Shown piece after piece: positions 54,401 to 63,624 of a DNA stretch of 64,000 nucleotides. The DNA lies in NCBI RefSeq assembly GCF_964204645.1, contig NC_134029.1:17788950-17852949 (forward strand), read 5' to 3'. The position numbers and the translations under genes were made by a program. Every line of letters starts with the position of its first letter. The first letter of the stretch is position 1. This DNA is from Tubulanus polymorphus. Taxonomy: Eukaryota; Animalia; Nemertea. The notes beneath the pieces were generated by a model, which worked only from the letters and a program-made list of their open reading frames with translations, did not search any database and was not told the origin of the DNA.

Positions 54401-57400
54401 TAATGAGAGGTGTCTATAGAATCATTGTTACCAGCACTGACCTGTGCTAATTAGACAATTTCTCACCAGCACAAAATTAGTACCAGTTACAAAAAATCTA
54501 TATTCATTTTCCACAATTAATATCCATCACAAGACTGGTTTTAGCTAATCCTCAAAATCTATGACATGAAATATCTCAAAAGTATTCCCAGCACAGGCCT
54601 GTGCTAGTAATATATGTTAAACTACCACTAGACATGTACCAGGAACACTAGATGAGGTATTGACTGATGACTGGAGGGTTGAGGACATTTTTTATCTAAA
54701 AGATATTGTGTTGAATTAAGTAAGTTAGTGCTATAGTTTGAGCATTGAATGAGGACTTCAAGTCATCAACTATTGATGAGAAATTAGAGTAAATGATTTA
54801 GATCCTCAATTCTGTAGTTGACTCAATCTTTTCAATAATGATAAAGAATTAAATCACCCAAAAGAAATTAAAACTCCAATTTTGTGTTAGAAACCAGTAT
54901 TTAAAGAGGTGTCTATTTGATTCCCATTACTAGCACTGACCTGTGCTAATTAGTCAAAATCTCACCAGCACGAAATCAGTATCAGTTACAGAAATTATTA
55001 TATCTTAGCTGAAATCATACCGAATCTGCAGAAATCCTTTCCATGATTTCCTCCTGAACTCAAATTGTGATTATGAACACCCACAGATCCCCAAATATTT
55101 ATGTGCTAGTGCGTCTTATCTGACAAGAACAGAAATATGAAGGGATCGGTGAGGGAAGAAAACTCCATTTAAAAAGTAGAACTTATGCCTTTAGTCCTGG
55201 TATCATTTGGTGCTAGTATCAAAAGTAAGGAGAAAAAGACGTTTAGGTTCCCAAATGGCTACTCATTGGTATCAAACCTTTTAATCCAAATGAATCTTGC
55301 TAATGAGAGGTGTCTATAGAATCATTGTTACCAGCACTGACCTGTGCTAATTAGTCAATTTCTCACCAGCACAAAATTAGTACCAGTTACAAAAAATCTA
55401 TATTCATTTTCCACAATTAATATCCATCACAAGACTTGTTTTAGCTAATCCTCAAAATCTATGACATGAAATATCTCAAAAGTATTCCCAGCACAGGCCT
55501 GTGCTAGTAATGTTAAACTACCACTAGACATGTACCAGGGACACTAGATGAGGTATTGACGGATGACTGGAGGGTTGAGGACATTTTTTATCTAAAAGAT
55601 ATTGTGTTGAATTGAGTAAGTTAGTGTTATAGTTTGAGTATTGAATGAGTGCTTCAAGTCATCAACTATTGATGAGAAATTAGAGTAAATGATTTAGATC
55701 CTCAATTCTGTAGTTGACTCAATCTTTTCAATAATGATAAAGAATTAAATCACCCAAAAGAAATTAAAACTCCAATTTTGTGTTAGAAACCAGTATTTAA
55801 AGAGGTGTCTATTTGATTCCCATTACTAGCACTGACCTGTGCTAATTAGTCAAAATCTCACCAGCACGAAATCAGTATCAGTTACAGAAATTATTTTATC
55901 TTAGCTGAAATCATACCGAATCTGCAGAAATCCTTTCCATGATTTCCTCCTGAACTCAAATTGTGATTATGAACACCCACAGATCCCCACATATTTATGT
56001 GCTAGTGCGTCTTATCAGACAAGAACAGAAATATGAAGGGATCGGTGAGGGAAGAAAACTCCATTTAAAAAGTAGATCTTATGCCTTTAGTCCTGGTATC
56101 ATTTGGTGCTAGTATCAAAAGTAAACAAGCCCTCATATGATACAAGGAGAAAAAGACGTTTAGGTTCCCAAATGGCTACTCAATGGTATCAAACCTTTTA
56201 ATCCAAATGAATCTTGCTAATGAGAGGTGTCTATAGAATCATTGTTACCAGCACTGACCTGTGCTAATTAGTCAATTTCTCACCAGCACAAAATTAGTAC
56301 CAGTTACAAAAAATCTATATTCATTTTCCACAATTAATATCCATCACAAGACTGGTTTTAGCTAATCCTCAAAATCTATGACATGAAATATCTCAAAAGT
56401 ATTCCCAGCACAGGCCTGTGCTAGTAATGTTAAACTACCACTAGACATGTACCAGGGACACTAGATGAGGTATTGACGGATGACTGGAGGGTTGAGGACA
56501 TTTTTTATCTAAAAGATATTGTGTTGAATTGAGTAAGTTAGTGTTATAGTTTGAGTATTGAATGAGTACTTCAAGTCATCAACTATTGATGAGAAATTAG
56601 AGTAAATGATTTAGATCCTCAATTCTGTAGTTGACTCAATCTTTTCAATAATGATAAAGAATTAAATCACCCAAAAGAAATTAAAACTCCAATTTTGTGT
56701 TAGAAACCAGTATTTAAAGAGGTGTCTATTTGATTCCCATTACTAGCACTGACCTGTGCTAATTAGTCAAAATCTCACCAGCACGATATCAGTATCAGTT
56801 ACAGAAATTATTATATCTTAAGTGAAATCATACCGAATCTGCAGAAATCCTTTCCATGATTTCCTCCTGAACTCAAAATGTGATTATGAACACCCACAGA
56901 TCCCCACATATTTATGTGCTAGTGCTTCTTATCTGACAAGAACAGAAATATGAAGGGATCAGTGAGGTAAAAAAACTCCATTTAAAAAGTAGAACTTATG
57001 CCTTTATTCCTGGTATCATTTGGTGCTAGTATCAAAAGTAAACAAGCCCTCATATGATACAAGGAGAAAAAGACATTTAGGTTCCCAAATGGCTACTCAT
57101 TGGTATCAAACTTTTGAATCCAATTGAATCTTGCTAATGAGAGGTGTCTATAGAATCATTGTTACCAGCACTGACCTGTGCTAATTAGTCAATTTCTCAC
57201 CAGCACAAAATTAGTACCAGTTACAAAAAATCTATATTCATTTTCCACAATTAATATCCATCACAAGACTGGTTTTAGCTAATCCTCAAAATCTATGACA
57301 TGAAATATCTCAAAAGTACTCCCAGCACAGGCCTGTGCTAGTAATATATGTCAAACTACCACTAGACATGTACCAGGAACACTAGATGAGGTATTGACGG

Positions 57401-60400
57401 ATGACTGGAGGGTTCAGGACATTTCTTATCTAAAAGATATTGTGTTGAATTGAGTAAGTTAGTGCTATAGTTTGAGCATTGAATGAGTTCTTCAAGTCAT
57501 CAACTAATGATGAGAAGTTTCATTCACGTAATCAATCATTTATCACCCATTATTACTAATCAAGCTACAAATTAGTGTTAATGATTTACCGGTAGATCCT
57601 CAATTCTGTAGTTGACTCAATCTATTCAATAATGATAAAGAATCAAATCAAAAAATCTATATTCATTTTCCACAATTAATATCCATCACAAGACTGGTTT
57701 TAGCTAATCCTCAAAATCTATGACATGAAATATCTCAAAAGTACTCCCAGCACAGGCCTGTGCTAGTAATATATGTTAAACTACCACTAGACATGTACCA
57801 GGAACACTAGATGAGGTATTGACTGATGACTGGAGGGTTGAGGACATTTTTTATCTAAAAGATATTGTGTTGAATTGAGTAAGTTAGTGCTATAGTTTGA
57901 GCATTGAATGAGTTCTTCAAGTCATCAACTATTGATGAGAAGTTTCATTCACGTAATCAATCATTTATTACCCATTATTGCTAATCAAGCTACAAATTAG
58001 TGTTAATGATTTACCGGTAGATCCTCAATTCTGTAGTTGACTCAATCTATTCAATAATGTTAAAGAATCAAATCACCCAAAGAAATTGAAACTCCAATTT
58101 TGTGTTAGAAACCAGTATTTAAAGAGGTGTCTATTTGATTCCCATTACTAGCACTGACCTGTGCTAATTAGTCAAAATCTCACCAGCACGAAATCAGTAT
58201 CAGTTACAGAAATTATTATATCTCAGCTGAAATCATACGGTATCTGCAGAAATCCTTTCCATGATTTCCTCCTGAACTCAAGTTTTGAATATGAACACAG
58301 ATCCCCACATATTTATGTGCTAGTGCTTCTTATCCGACAAGAACAGAAATATGAAGGGATCAGTGAGGGAAAAAATTCTATTTAAAAAGTAGAACTTGTG
58401 CCTTTAGTCCTGGTATCATTTGGTGCTTGTATAGAAAAAGTAAACAAGCCCTCATATGATACAAGGAGAAATAGACGTTTAGGTTCCCAAATGGCTACTC
58501 ATTGGTATCAAACCTTTTAATCCAAATGAATGTTGCTAATGAGATGTGTCTATAGAATCATTGTTACCGGCACTGACCTGTGCTAATTAGTCAATTTTTT
58601 CACCAGCACAAAATCAGTATCAGTTACAAAAAATCTACATTGATTTTCCACAATTGATATCTATCGCATGACATGAAATATCTCAAAAGTACTCCCAGCA
58701 CAGGCCTGTGCTAGTAATATAATGTTACACTACCACTAGACATGTACCAGGAACACTAGATGAGATATTGACTGATGACTGGAGGCACTGAGGAGCATTT
58801 TATCTAAGAGGTATTGTGGTCAATTGAGTAAGTTAGTGCTATAGTTTAACTTTAAAGTGAGCACCTCAAGTCATTAACTATTGATGACAAGTTATGTTAA
58901 TTATCAAGACACAAACTCGTGTGTCTGTATGACATCATCAATTCTCTTATTGGCCAAACTGTTTATCAGTGTAACAATGGCGCCACATGTCCAAAAAATA
59001 ATATAATTTCAAGAGATCACCCACTTAACAATTCATAACAATATTAATAATTTATAATTTAAAAGTGCCTTACATTAAAACAATCTCAAAGCTCTTTACA
59101 GGATACATATATAATTTCAAAATTATTCAAAGCAAAGCTTGTAATATCAGGCACCCTAAAAGGAAAACAAAAAGTAAATGAATTTGAAAAGAATATGACA
59201 TCAGCATCTACTGAAAAACAAAGTATAGTTCCCGAAACAACTTCCAATGACTAGCCCCGAACCCACCCTTCGATTGTGTCAGGATTTAAACATGGGGGAA
59301 GGGGATACATGGTTTCGCGTACAGTACACATACCTGATATCATTTTGCACTCTTTTGGCCTTTAATTATTTGATTGTATAGATTTATCAGTCATTATTGA
59401 TTGTTTTATTATTTTATCTAAAGGTCGCAATGATGTCCAGTGGGATTTTGTGCACGGTTTATTTGAATCCGCTATTTATGGTGGTCGAGTTGATAATCCA
59501 TTCGATGTCCGGGTGATGACCAGTTATCTATGTCAGTTCTTCGATGGTGGCGTTCTCGGTGCTCAGTTGCGCGGTACAAAACGTCTCGGTCCGATCAAAC
59601 TACCATCGTCTACTCACTACAGGGTAATATATCACAAGTAATGCTACAATATCACAAGTAATGCCAGTATTTATCTGTAATACGGAACCATTTCCTTCCA
59701 GACATTCAGAATTGTAGCAAGAGTGGATTTAGGGGAGGGTTTCCAGACATAGGCCTTCTAATTGAGGTTGCCATTTTGTCAAGACAGATCAGCAAAATTT
59801 GATACATCGTCTCGGAAATTGCATCTCTCTAGATGTATTTCTTCAAAAATAACTACCGCGTTACACCGAGCGTTACACTTGTGACCTCAGGCTTGGTTGC
59901 TTTTTCCCGGGAATGCCCTTCCTTTTCTTTCCTTCTGGACTGATGCCTTCCAATTTTCCTAGATCCGCCCCTGTCGTAGGCTGAAGTAATGATGATCACT
60001 TATAGAAAGTGTGGTGGTAAAAAAATTATGCCTGCCATTCGAAGTCCATCTTGTTAATTATTTTTCCAAAAATTTGAAATGTGACTTGATAGTTAAATCA
60101 AATGATTTGCGAAATTCGGCAAGTAATTTTTCGAATTTTTCAGGACTTCCTGGATGTGATTGAAGCTCTGCCCGAATATGACCAGCCGGCTTATTTCGGT
60201 TTGCCGGAGAATATCGATCGTTCATCGCAACGAATCATCAGCCAACAAGTGATCAGTCAAATACGTGTGCTGATGAGGTCGGACATTAAAGCAAATAAGT
60301 TCGACAAGGAAGTCTGGGCAAACGAACTCGGTCCAATACTGAATCTGTGGAAGAAATTAAATCAGGTATAGAAAGCTGAAATTGATGCGCGTTATGGTCC

Positions 60401-62326
60401 AGGTTTTCTACAGGCAGTTTTTCTCAGGAAAAATAATTGAATACTAGGTCCGTTTTCAACGTAATCCTCACGCACTACACTATTGTGAGGATTTTGTTGA
60501 GAAAGGTCCTAGTATTCAAGTCTTTCTCCTGAGAATATTACTGCCCTTCAAAAACCTTGATCGTAACATGCTTCCATGCATTATCAATTAATATACAAAT
60601 GTATTGCAAAGGCATTTGTTCATGATTACTTATGATTAGATTTTTATTCAATCACAAATTTTCTGTAAGAAAATTTGACATCATATTTTGGAGTCATATT
60701 TTCTCTGCCTCCCTGACCTCGAATGAGAAAAGAAACATTCTGCAGGTTTTTGTCAATTCCCAGAGTGGTATTAAATGAAAATGGGGCTGCTTTACCGCAA
60801 CATGGTAGCCAATGCAAGGATGATTATCTTTTTCGATATACATCTCCTTTTCTTTATTTTTTAAAGGGATCTCAGTTAATCCAGATGAAAGTGGCACCCC
60901 CTACCGAGAAGTCGGGCAATGAATCTCCGATATTATCGTTCATCGTTCTTGAACGGTACAATGCCATCAAACTTGTACAGAGCGTTCATCAGTCATTGGC
61001 AGCTCTCAGTAAAGTTATCCGAGGAACTCAGTTGCTCACAAAAGACGTTCAGAACCTTGCCGCTGCTCTTCTCAGTCAAGAGGTAAGTTGCGAGAATGTT
61101 TTTACTGTCGATTCTCGTTGGTGCGAGTTCCTTGTTGTGACTAACTCGGTACAACAATTTGCGGTCGACCTGATAGGAATTATGTGAGTTTGACAGTGCG
61201 CTGAAACACACATCATCAGATATGTTGTTACATTTCTTATTGTCTCTTATTTTCGTGTCCCAATTTGTATTTCCAATTCACTTAGCTGTACCTAACTAAA
61301 TAGCCACAACAAGACACAAATTACAATGAAATTCATTTTTAATCCGATCGATTTGGGATTAATCTGTCGCCTTTCCAAGAAAAATACGACAGCTGTTGTG
61401 GCTATACAAAACGTTGGACTCTACCGAATGTCAATTGACCAAAAGTCACTCATTATGTGAATAAGTCATCAACATAATGTATGGTCCCAGCTATGACAAC
61501 TTTAGCCAGACCCAAAGTAGCATGTATTTGATAATATTATCGTCTATTCGACGTTGTTATTTTAGACCCCGATATCGTGGTTGAATCGTTGGGATGGACC
61601 GGAAGATCCGATGCATTATCTACGTTCATTAATCGCACGAGCAATGGCATCGCAGCAATGGGTCGAGAAAGCAGAACGGGGCACTTTGCTCAACGACGCA
61701 CTCGATTTATCAGAACTATTCCATCCGGACACGTTCCTAAACGCTCTACGTCAACAAACTGCCAGGTGCGTGTCGAATTTCACGAATCTGTCAACTTTCA
61801 ACAACAGATTTTAGAACTAAATCACTTATGAACTAAATCACTTATTATCATTCTCTTATTGATTAACCCTTGAGATTTTCTTGCTAAGAATTGTACATAA
61901 TAACTAAGGCTCCCCCTGCACTCACGAGGCGAAAAATGCATGTGTAAAGTACACTGTATGAAATTCACCCAGTTTTGAGCACATTTTGGTGTTAGCAAGA
62001 ATATCTTTTTACAATACAAGTTTGATGATTTTTATTCATGGCACAAAGTTCACTCAGGTGTTCACTCAAGTTTTTTCAAGGGCAATTAGAAATAGAATCC
62101 CGCTTGAAATAGTAATCTGTTTAACAGGGAAATGAAGCTGTCGATGGATAGTCTGAAGTGTGTAAGTTCATGGCGAGGACCAATCAGCGGTGCGAGGACA
62201 AGTATTCGTATCGGAGGACTGCAACTAGAGGGCTGTACATTCGACGGTTCGAGATTATCAGAAAATCAACGAGATTCACCGAGTATTTCAGCAATTCCTA
62301 TGTGTACAGTTGCATGGATCTCTAAG
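1420..62326 (+). CDS. DYNC2H1: Cytoplasmic dynein 2 heavy chain 1, partial (27 exons; 5' part and last exon(s) outside the window)
   Basis: The exon translations join with consistent phase across GT-AG introns. They match motifs I recognise from dynein-2 heavy chain: [32 protein letters not shown] (AAA4), [23 protein letters not shown] (stalk/MTBD), [60 protein letters not shown]. Confidence 0.97.
1929..2161 (+). CDS. DYNC2H1: DYNC2H1 exon 2 (AAA4 P-loop)
   Basis: tttgacag acceptor; [15 protein letters not shown]...[10 protein letters not shown]...FKNDLKT; gtaagt donor. Confidence 0.95.
2439..2661 (+). CDS. DYNC2H1: DYNC2H1 exon 3
   Basis: ttctaaag acceptor; [21 protein letters not shown]...GEVPGLY...NYFSS; gtaagt donor. 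Confidence 0.93.
2775..2973. mobile_element. hAT-like MITE
   Basis: Terminal inverted repeats cagagctgccaac / gttgacagccctg; non-coding interior. Confidence 0.6.
3108..3487 (+). CDS. DYNC2H1: DYNC2H1 exon 4
   Basis: cattcag acceptor; [12 protein letters not shown]...CESNPAFYK...QHHLQ; gtaacg donor. Confidence 0.95.
3748..3885 (+). CDS. DYNC2H1: DYNC2H1 exon 5 (stalk coiled coil 1)
   Basis: attgcag acceptor; [20 protein letters not shown]...ATAMQ; gtacgt donor. Confidence 0.95.
4025..4255. mobile_element. MITE-like inverted-repeat element
   Basis: ~45-bp imperfect inverted arms: ggatcaggtaaaacaagacgggttaactttctaggttaacttg / caagttaacatagaaagtactatccgttttgttttgctatcc. Confidence 0.55.
4785..5059 (+). 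CDS. DYNC2H1: DYNC2H1 exon 6 (stalk/MTBD)
   Basis: gttgtag acceptor; NASEQKSEM...[36 protein letters not shown]; gtaagg donor. Confidence 0.95.
5500..5623 (+). CDS. DYNC2H1: DYNC2H1 exon 7 (MTBD)
   Basis: ttccactag acceptor; [24 protein letters not shown]...SFEPK; gtcagc donor; this frame is absent from the ORF track. Confidence 0.93.
5786..6491. mobile_element. hAT-like non-autonomous element containing a nested HINE
   Basis: TIRs caagggcggattta / tagatctgcccttg; flanking direct repeat ttaaa(c). Confidence 0.65.
5915..6343 (+). mobile_element. Helentron-associated (DINE-1/HINE-like) non-autonomous element
   Basis: T-run start, subterminal inverted repeat gcccacttg / caagtgggc, cgtccgtcgtccgtccg microsatellite, 3' hairpin ggtgtccctggacccc followed by ctagtt. 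Confidence 0.75.
7530..7651 (+). CDS. DYNC2H1: DYNC2H1 exon 8
   Basis: ttttttcag acceptor; [36 protein letters not shown]; gtatgt donor. Confidence 0.95.
8031..8356 (+). mobile_element. Harbinger/PIF-like MITE, family A copy 1
   Basis: TIRs agccgcgatcacac / atgtgatcgcggct flanked by tat on both sides; internal gggccaaatttgg repeats. Confidence 0.75.
9001..9214 (+). CDS. DYNC2H1: DYNC2H1 exon 9 (stalk coiled coil 2)
   Basis: ttgttag acceptor; [12 protein letters not shown]...[11 protein letters not shown]; gtttgt donor. Confidence 0.94.
9584..9835 (+). CDS. DYNC2H1: DYNC2H1 exon 10
   Basis: atctag acceptor; VDELTSEL...[21 protein letters not shown]; gtttgt donor. Confidence 0.95.
10447..11658. 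mobile_element. Possible old TIR element hosting family A copy 2
   Basis: Imperfect inverted ends agctcagtttcacaaaata / tattttgtgaaaccgggtc. Confidence 0.35.
11017..11304 (-). mobile_element. Harbinger/PIF-like MITE, family A copy 2 (inverted)
   Basis: Ends agccgcgat / gtgtggtcacggct; the interior (cctctaattaagcacaggccaaattt) is the reverse complement of copy 1. Confidence 0.7.
12623..12721 (+). CDS. DYNC2H1: DYNC2H1 exon 11 (AAA5)
   Basis: aattcag acceptor; [33 protein letters not shown]; gtaaaa donor. Confidence 0.93.
13444..13567 (+). CDS. DYNC2H1: DYNC2H1 exon 12
   Basis: atttcag acceptor; [41 protein letters not shown]; gtaatg donor. Confidence 0.95.
13976..14065 (+). repeat. 45-bp tandem duplication spanning the exon-13 3' splice site
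   Basis: gggctaaaaattacaagctatgatttttcgtttcaggtcccagat followed by gggcttaaaatgacgagctatgattattcatttcaggtcccagat. Confidence 0.9.
14057..14220 (+). CDS. DYNC2H1: DYNC2H1 exon 13
   Basis: atttcag acceptor; (G)[27 protein letters not shown]...[13 protein letters not shown]; gtatga donor. Confidence 0.93.
15180..15299 (+). CDS. DYNC2H1: DYNC2H1 exon 14
   Basis: tctccatag acceptor; [14 protein letters not shown]...EESLLE; gtatgg donor. Confidence 0.95.
15527..16122 (+). mobile_element. Degenerate HINE/DINE-1-like element (approximate limits)
   Basis: gttgtccatttgtctgtc microsatellite followed by a tactttaaatcactac...cctacagtttttatcagatc core like that of DINE-1-type elements; ends unclear. Confidence 0.35.
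16348..16626 (+). CDS. DYNC2H1: DYNC2H1 exon 15
   Basis: ctttcag acceptor; [23 protein letters not shown]...[19 protein letters not shown]; gtacgt donor. Confidence 0.95.
16924..17199 (+). mobile_element. Harbinger/PIF-like MITE, family A copy 3
   Basis: Ends aggcgcgatcacatgg / cgtgtgatcgcagct; shares aattagagagcgcgttca with copy 1. Confidence 0.72.
18400..18432. repeat. (CA)n microsatellite, about 16 units
   Basis: Read directly from the sequence. Confidence 0.95.
18509..18740. mobile_element. hAT-like MITE
   Basis: TIRs cagggatgtcc / ggacatcactg; no clear target-site duplication. Confidence 0.45.
19367..19531 (+). mobile_element. Short HINE copy related to 5915-6343
   Basis: tttttagccca start; 3' end agcatttcaaaccatttcgcaggtgggcgtggtatccctggatcactagtt matches 6294-6343. 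Confidence 0.72.
19638..19793 (+). CDS. DYNC2H1: DYNC2H1 exon 16
   Basis: tttgcag acceptor; DGAGTEMRI...[17 protein letters not shown]...LEN; gtaagt donor. Confidence 0.94.
20254..20373 (+). CDS. DYNC2H1: DYNC2H1 exon 17
   Basis: tttcatag acceptor; [12 protein letters not shown]...[16 protein letters not shown]; gtaact donor. Confidence 0.94.
20641..20838 (+). mobile_element. Harbinger/PIF-like MITE, family A copy 4 (internally deleted)
   Basis: agccacaatcacacggagacgatttgg start; gtgcgatcagggct end. Confidence 0.68.
21108..21312 (+). CDS. DYNC2H1: DYNC2H1 exon 18
   Basis: ttttcag acceptor; STFPELYQ...[14 protein letters not shown]...CKIL; gtagat donor. Confidence 0.94.
21640..21803 (+). 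CDS. DYNC2H1: DYNC2H1 exon 19 (AAA6)
   Basis: ctgtttag acceptor; MKGLSPP...[21 protein letters not shown]...YHQ; gtagtg donor. Confidence 0.94.
22091..22216 (+). CDS. DYNC2H1: DYNC2H1 exon 20
   Basis: aatgcag acceptor; [11 protein letters not shown]...[21 protein letters not shown]; gtatat donor. Confidence 0.95.
22347..22613 (+). CDS. DYNC2H1: DYNC2H1 exon 21
   Basis: catcag acceptor; [18 protein letters not shown]...[10 protein letters not shown]...QERRNYIPQ; gtgagt donor. Confidence 0.95.
22801..23077. mobile_element. piggyBac-like MITE
   Basis: TTAA on both sides; TIRs ccatttcagtgc / gcactgaaaggg. Confidence 0.75.
23174..24250. mobile_element. hAT-like non-autonomous element with an internal foldback of tRNA-like arms
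   Basis: Ends cagggat / atccctg with ccgcgg subterminal motifs; 6-bp direct repeat attatt on both sides; internal inverted repeat at 23457-23880. Confidence 0.65.
24400..24481 (+). CDS. DYNC2H1: DYNC2H1 exon 22 (immediately upstream of the giant intron)
   Basis: gtttcag acceptor; [27 protein letters not shown]; phase-1 gtatgt donor at 24482. Confidence 0.94.
24746..58893. repeat. Intronic macrosatellite: about 37 head-to-tail copies of a ~920-bp monomer (variants 896-1008 bp, plus two 425-bp deleted units)
   Basis: The marker aagaatt(c)aaatca recurs at 25054, 25976, 26899, 27875, 28800 ... 56657, 57638 and 58063. Interior copies are near-identical, differing by scattered SNPs and indels. 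The partial copies at both edges are more diverged. Confidence 0.98.
59424..59623 (+). CDS. DYNC2H1: DYNC2H1 exon 23 (immediately downstream of the giant intron)
   Basis: ttttatctaaag acceptor, phase 1 matching exon 22; (G)[27 protein letters not shown]...HYR; gtaata donor. Confidence 0.93.
59718..59973. mobile_element. hAT-like MITE, related to the 5786-6491 element
   Basis: TIRs caagagtggatttagg / cctagatccgcccctg; flanks ttgtag / tcgtag. Confidence 0.62.
60144..60365 (+). CDS. DYNC2H1: DYNC2H1 exon 24
   Basis: ttttcag acceptor; [24 protein letters not shown]...LWKKLNQ; gtatag donor. Confidence 0.95.
60387..60571. repeat. Long imperfect palindrome (foldback MITE-like)
   Basis: ~85-bp arms (ttctcaggaaaaataattgaatactaggtcc...aatcctcac / gtgaggatt...ggtcctagtattcaagtctttctcctgagaa) around a loop of about 14 nt. 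Confidence 0.8.
60867..61082 (+). CDS. DYNC2H1: DYNC2H1 exon 25
   Basis: ttttttaaag acceptor; GSQLIQ...[10 protein letters not shown]...[12 protein letters not shown]...LLSQE; gtaagt donor. Confidence 0.92.
61566..61765 (+). CDS. DYNC2H1: DYNC2H1 exon 26
   Basis: tatttttag acceptor; [15 protein letters not shown]...[20 protein letters not shown]; gtgcgt donor. Confidence 0.95.
62128..62326 (+). CDS. DYNC2H1: DYNC2H1 exon 27 (C-terminal domain)
   Basis: tttaacag acceptor; [10 protein letters not shown]...[21 protein letters not shown]...AWISK; gttaga donor; no stop codon reached. Confidence 0.93.
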
Positions 62327-62584
62327 GTTAGATGATATTTTAATGCATGCAATCAGAATTTTTGATCAGTTTTTGATAATGATATTCATAATAATAACTT
62401 TATTTTGCCATTGAAGTATAAAGAATTGTACAGATATAAGTATAAAGGACAGAATTAAAAGATTAATAATAATTTCATTGCAACTGTTTGGCAGGTTGAT
62501 TGCTATATTGCAAATGTGTCCAATGATTTCGTTTTGTGCTTAAAAATTGTGTCTTCGCTAGCAGATAGGGCCTCTTTTCATCGA

Positions 62585-62863
62585 AGGCTTAACAAAAATG
62601 GTACCTTGTTTCCCCGCAGCGGCCGGGTCATTTTTATGCCTCCGGCTCAACTTTAGTTGAGAGGGGCGTATAGATTTACCCCTGTCTGAATACGCCGCCG
62701 TGAAGCCGGGTGCTCGTTCTAGTTGTAAGATATAATAAGAGTTGTTATCAGTTCATTTCTATAGCGTCTGGGTCACAGTAATGTACAGGCAGATAGGTGA
62801 CCGGCCGGGTCAAGTATTAAGCTCAGCAGAGTGGAGAAACAAGGTATCAATTCTGCTTAGCCT
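62585..62863. mobile_element. MITE with ~30-bp TIRs containing a mini-HINE (62631-62724)
   Basis: aggcttaacaaaaatggtaccttgtttc / gaaacaaggtatcaattctgcttagcct; nested tttttatgcctccg...ggggcgtatagatttacccctgtc...ctagtt. Confidence 0.65.
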
Positions 62864-63624
62864 AATAAATGATTTATCCTAAAAGTGGCCTTCAGTGAAA
62901 TAAAATGCCTATAAAAAAATAACCAGATTTTTGATCACCCGGATCATCCGCAAAGAACTACCAGGTATACAAGAGACAGAGTAGTTTAACATTTCAGATC
63001 CAGGGACCACTGTCGAGGGTAACAGAACTCATAAAAAGGACATTTTGAAATAAAAAGGGCATTTTGAAATTTAAAAGGGCATTCTAAAATTTTGAAAATC
63101 TGCTTTTTGCTGCATATTCCAGGCAATTAAAGCCCTGACACAAAGTGCGTTCTAGCATTTTAACTGCATGGAGATGTAGGAAATAAAGACAAAATCTTGA
63201 AGAATTATGTGGTTTGCTTAAAATCATCTACCTCATCTTGTAAAAAAAGTGCCCTTTTCTACTTTGGGCATGAAAAAAAAATAGAAAAAAAAACGGGCGC
63301 AAGATTTTTGCAACGGAAGCACGTGCCTACAGTGCTACCGTCTGAATCCGCGCCTGTGCTATGAGCCATTTTCAAAATGGATCGAATATCTCAGAGCAAA
63401 TGAATACTGTTAAACATCTCTCAATATTTCTGAAATCGTATTGATTAGAAATTGTATATACTGGTGTTCTAAAATTGTATCGTATTGTTATATTAAACAT
63501 ATTGAAAATCTGCATTCCATGTCTCGGTGATGGTCTATAAATCCAAACTGGATAAACTGATAAGTCAGTCTTCTAAATGATATCACATCATCGTTGTCAG
63601 TCTTAAAGGGTTTTCCTCGGTAAA

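Noticed and set aside
24746-58893. CRISPR array or repeat-spacer system suggested by the recurring palindromic agcactgacctgtgct motif
   Set aside because: The sequence between motifs is itself repeated rather than unique, there are no cas-like ORFs, and the context is a spliceosomal intron.
63042-63357. Three aaaagggcattttgaaat-like repeats and a gaatccgcgcctg end
   Set aside because: Probably the interior and right end of another hAT-like MITE, but the left terminus is not convincing.
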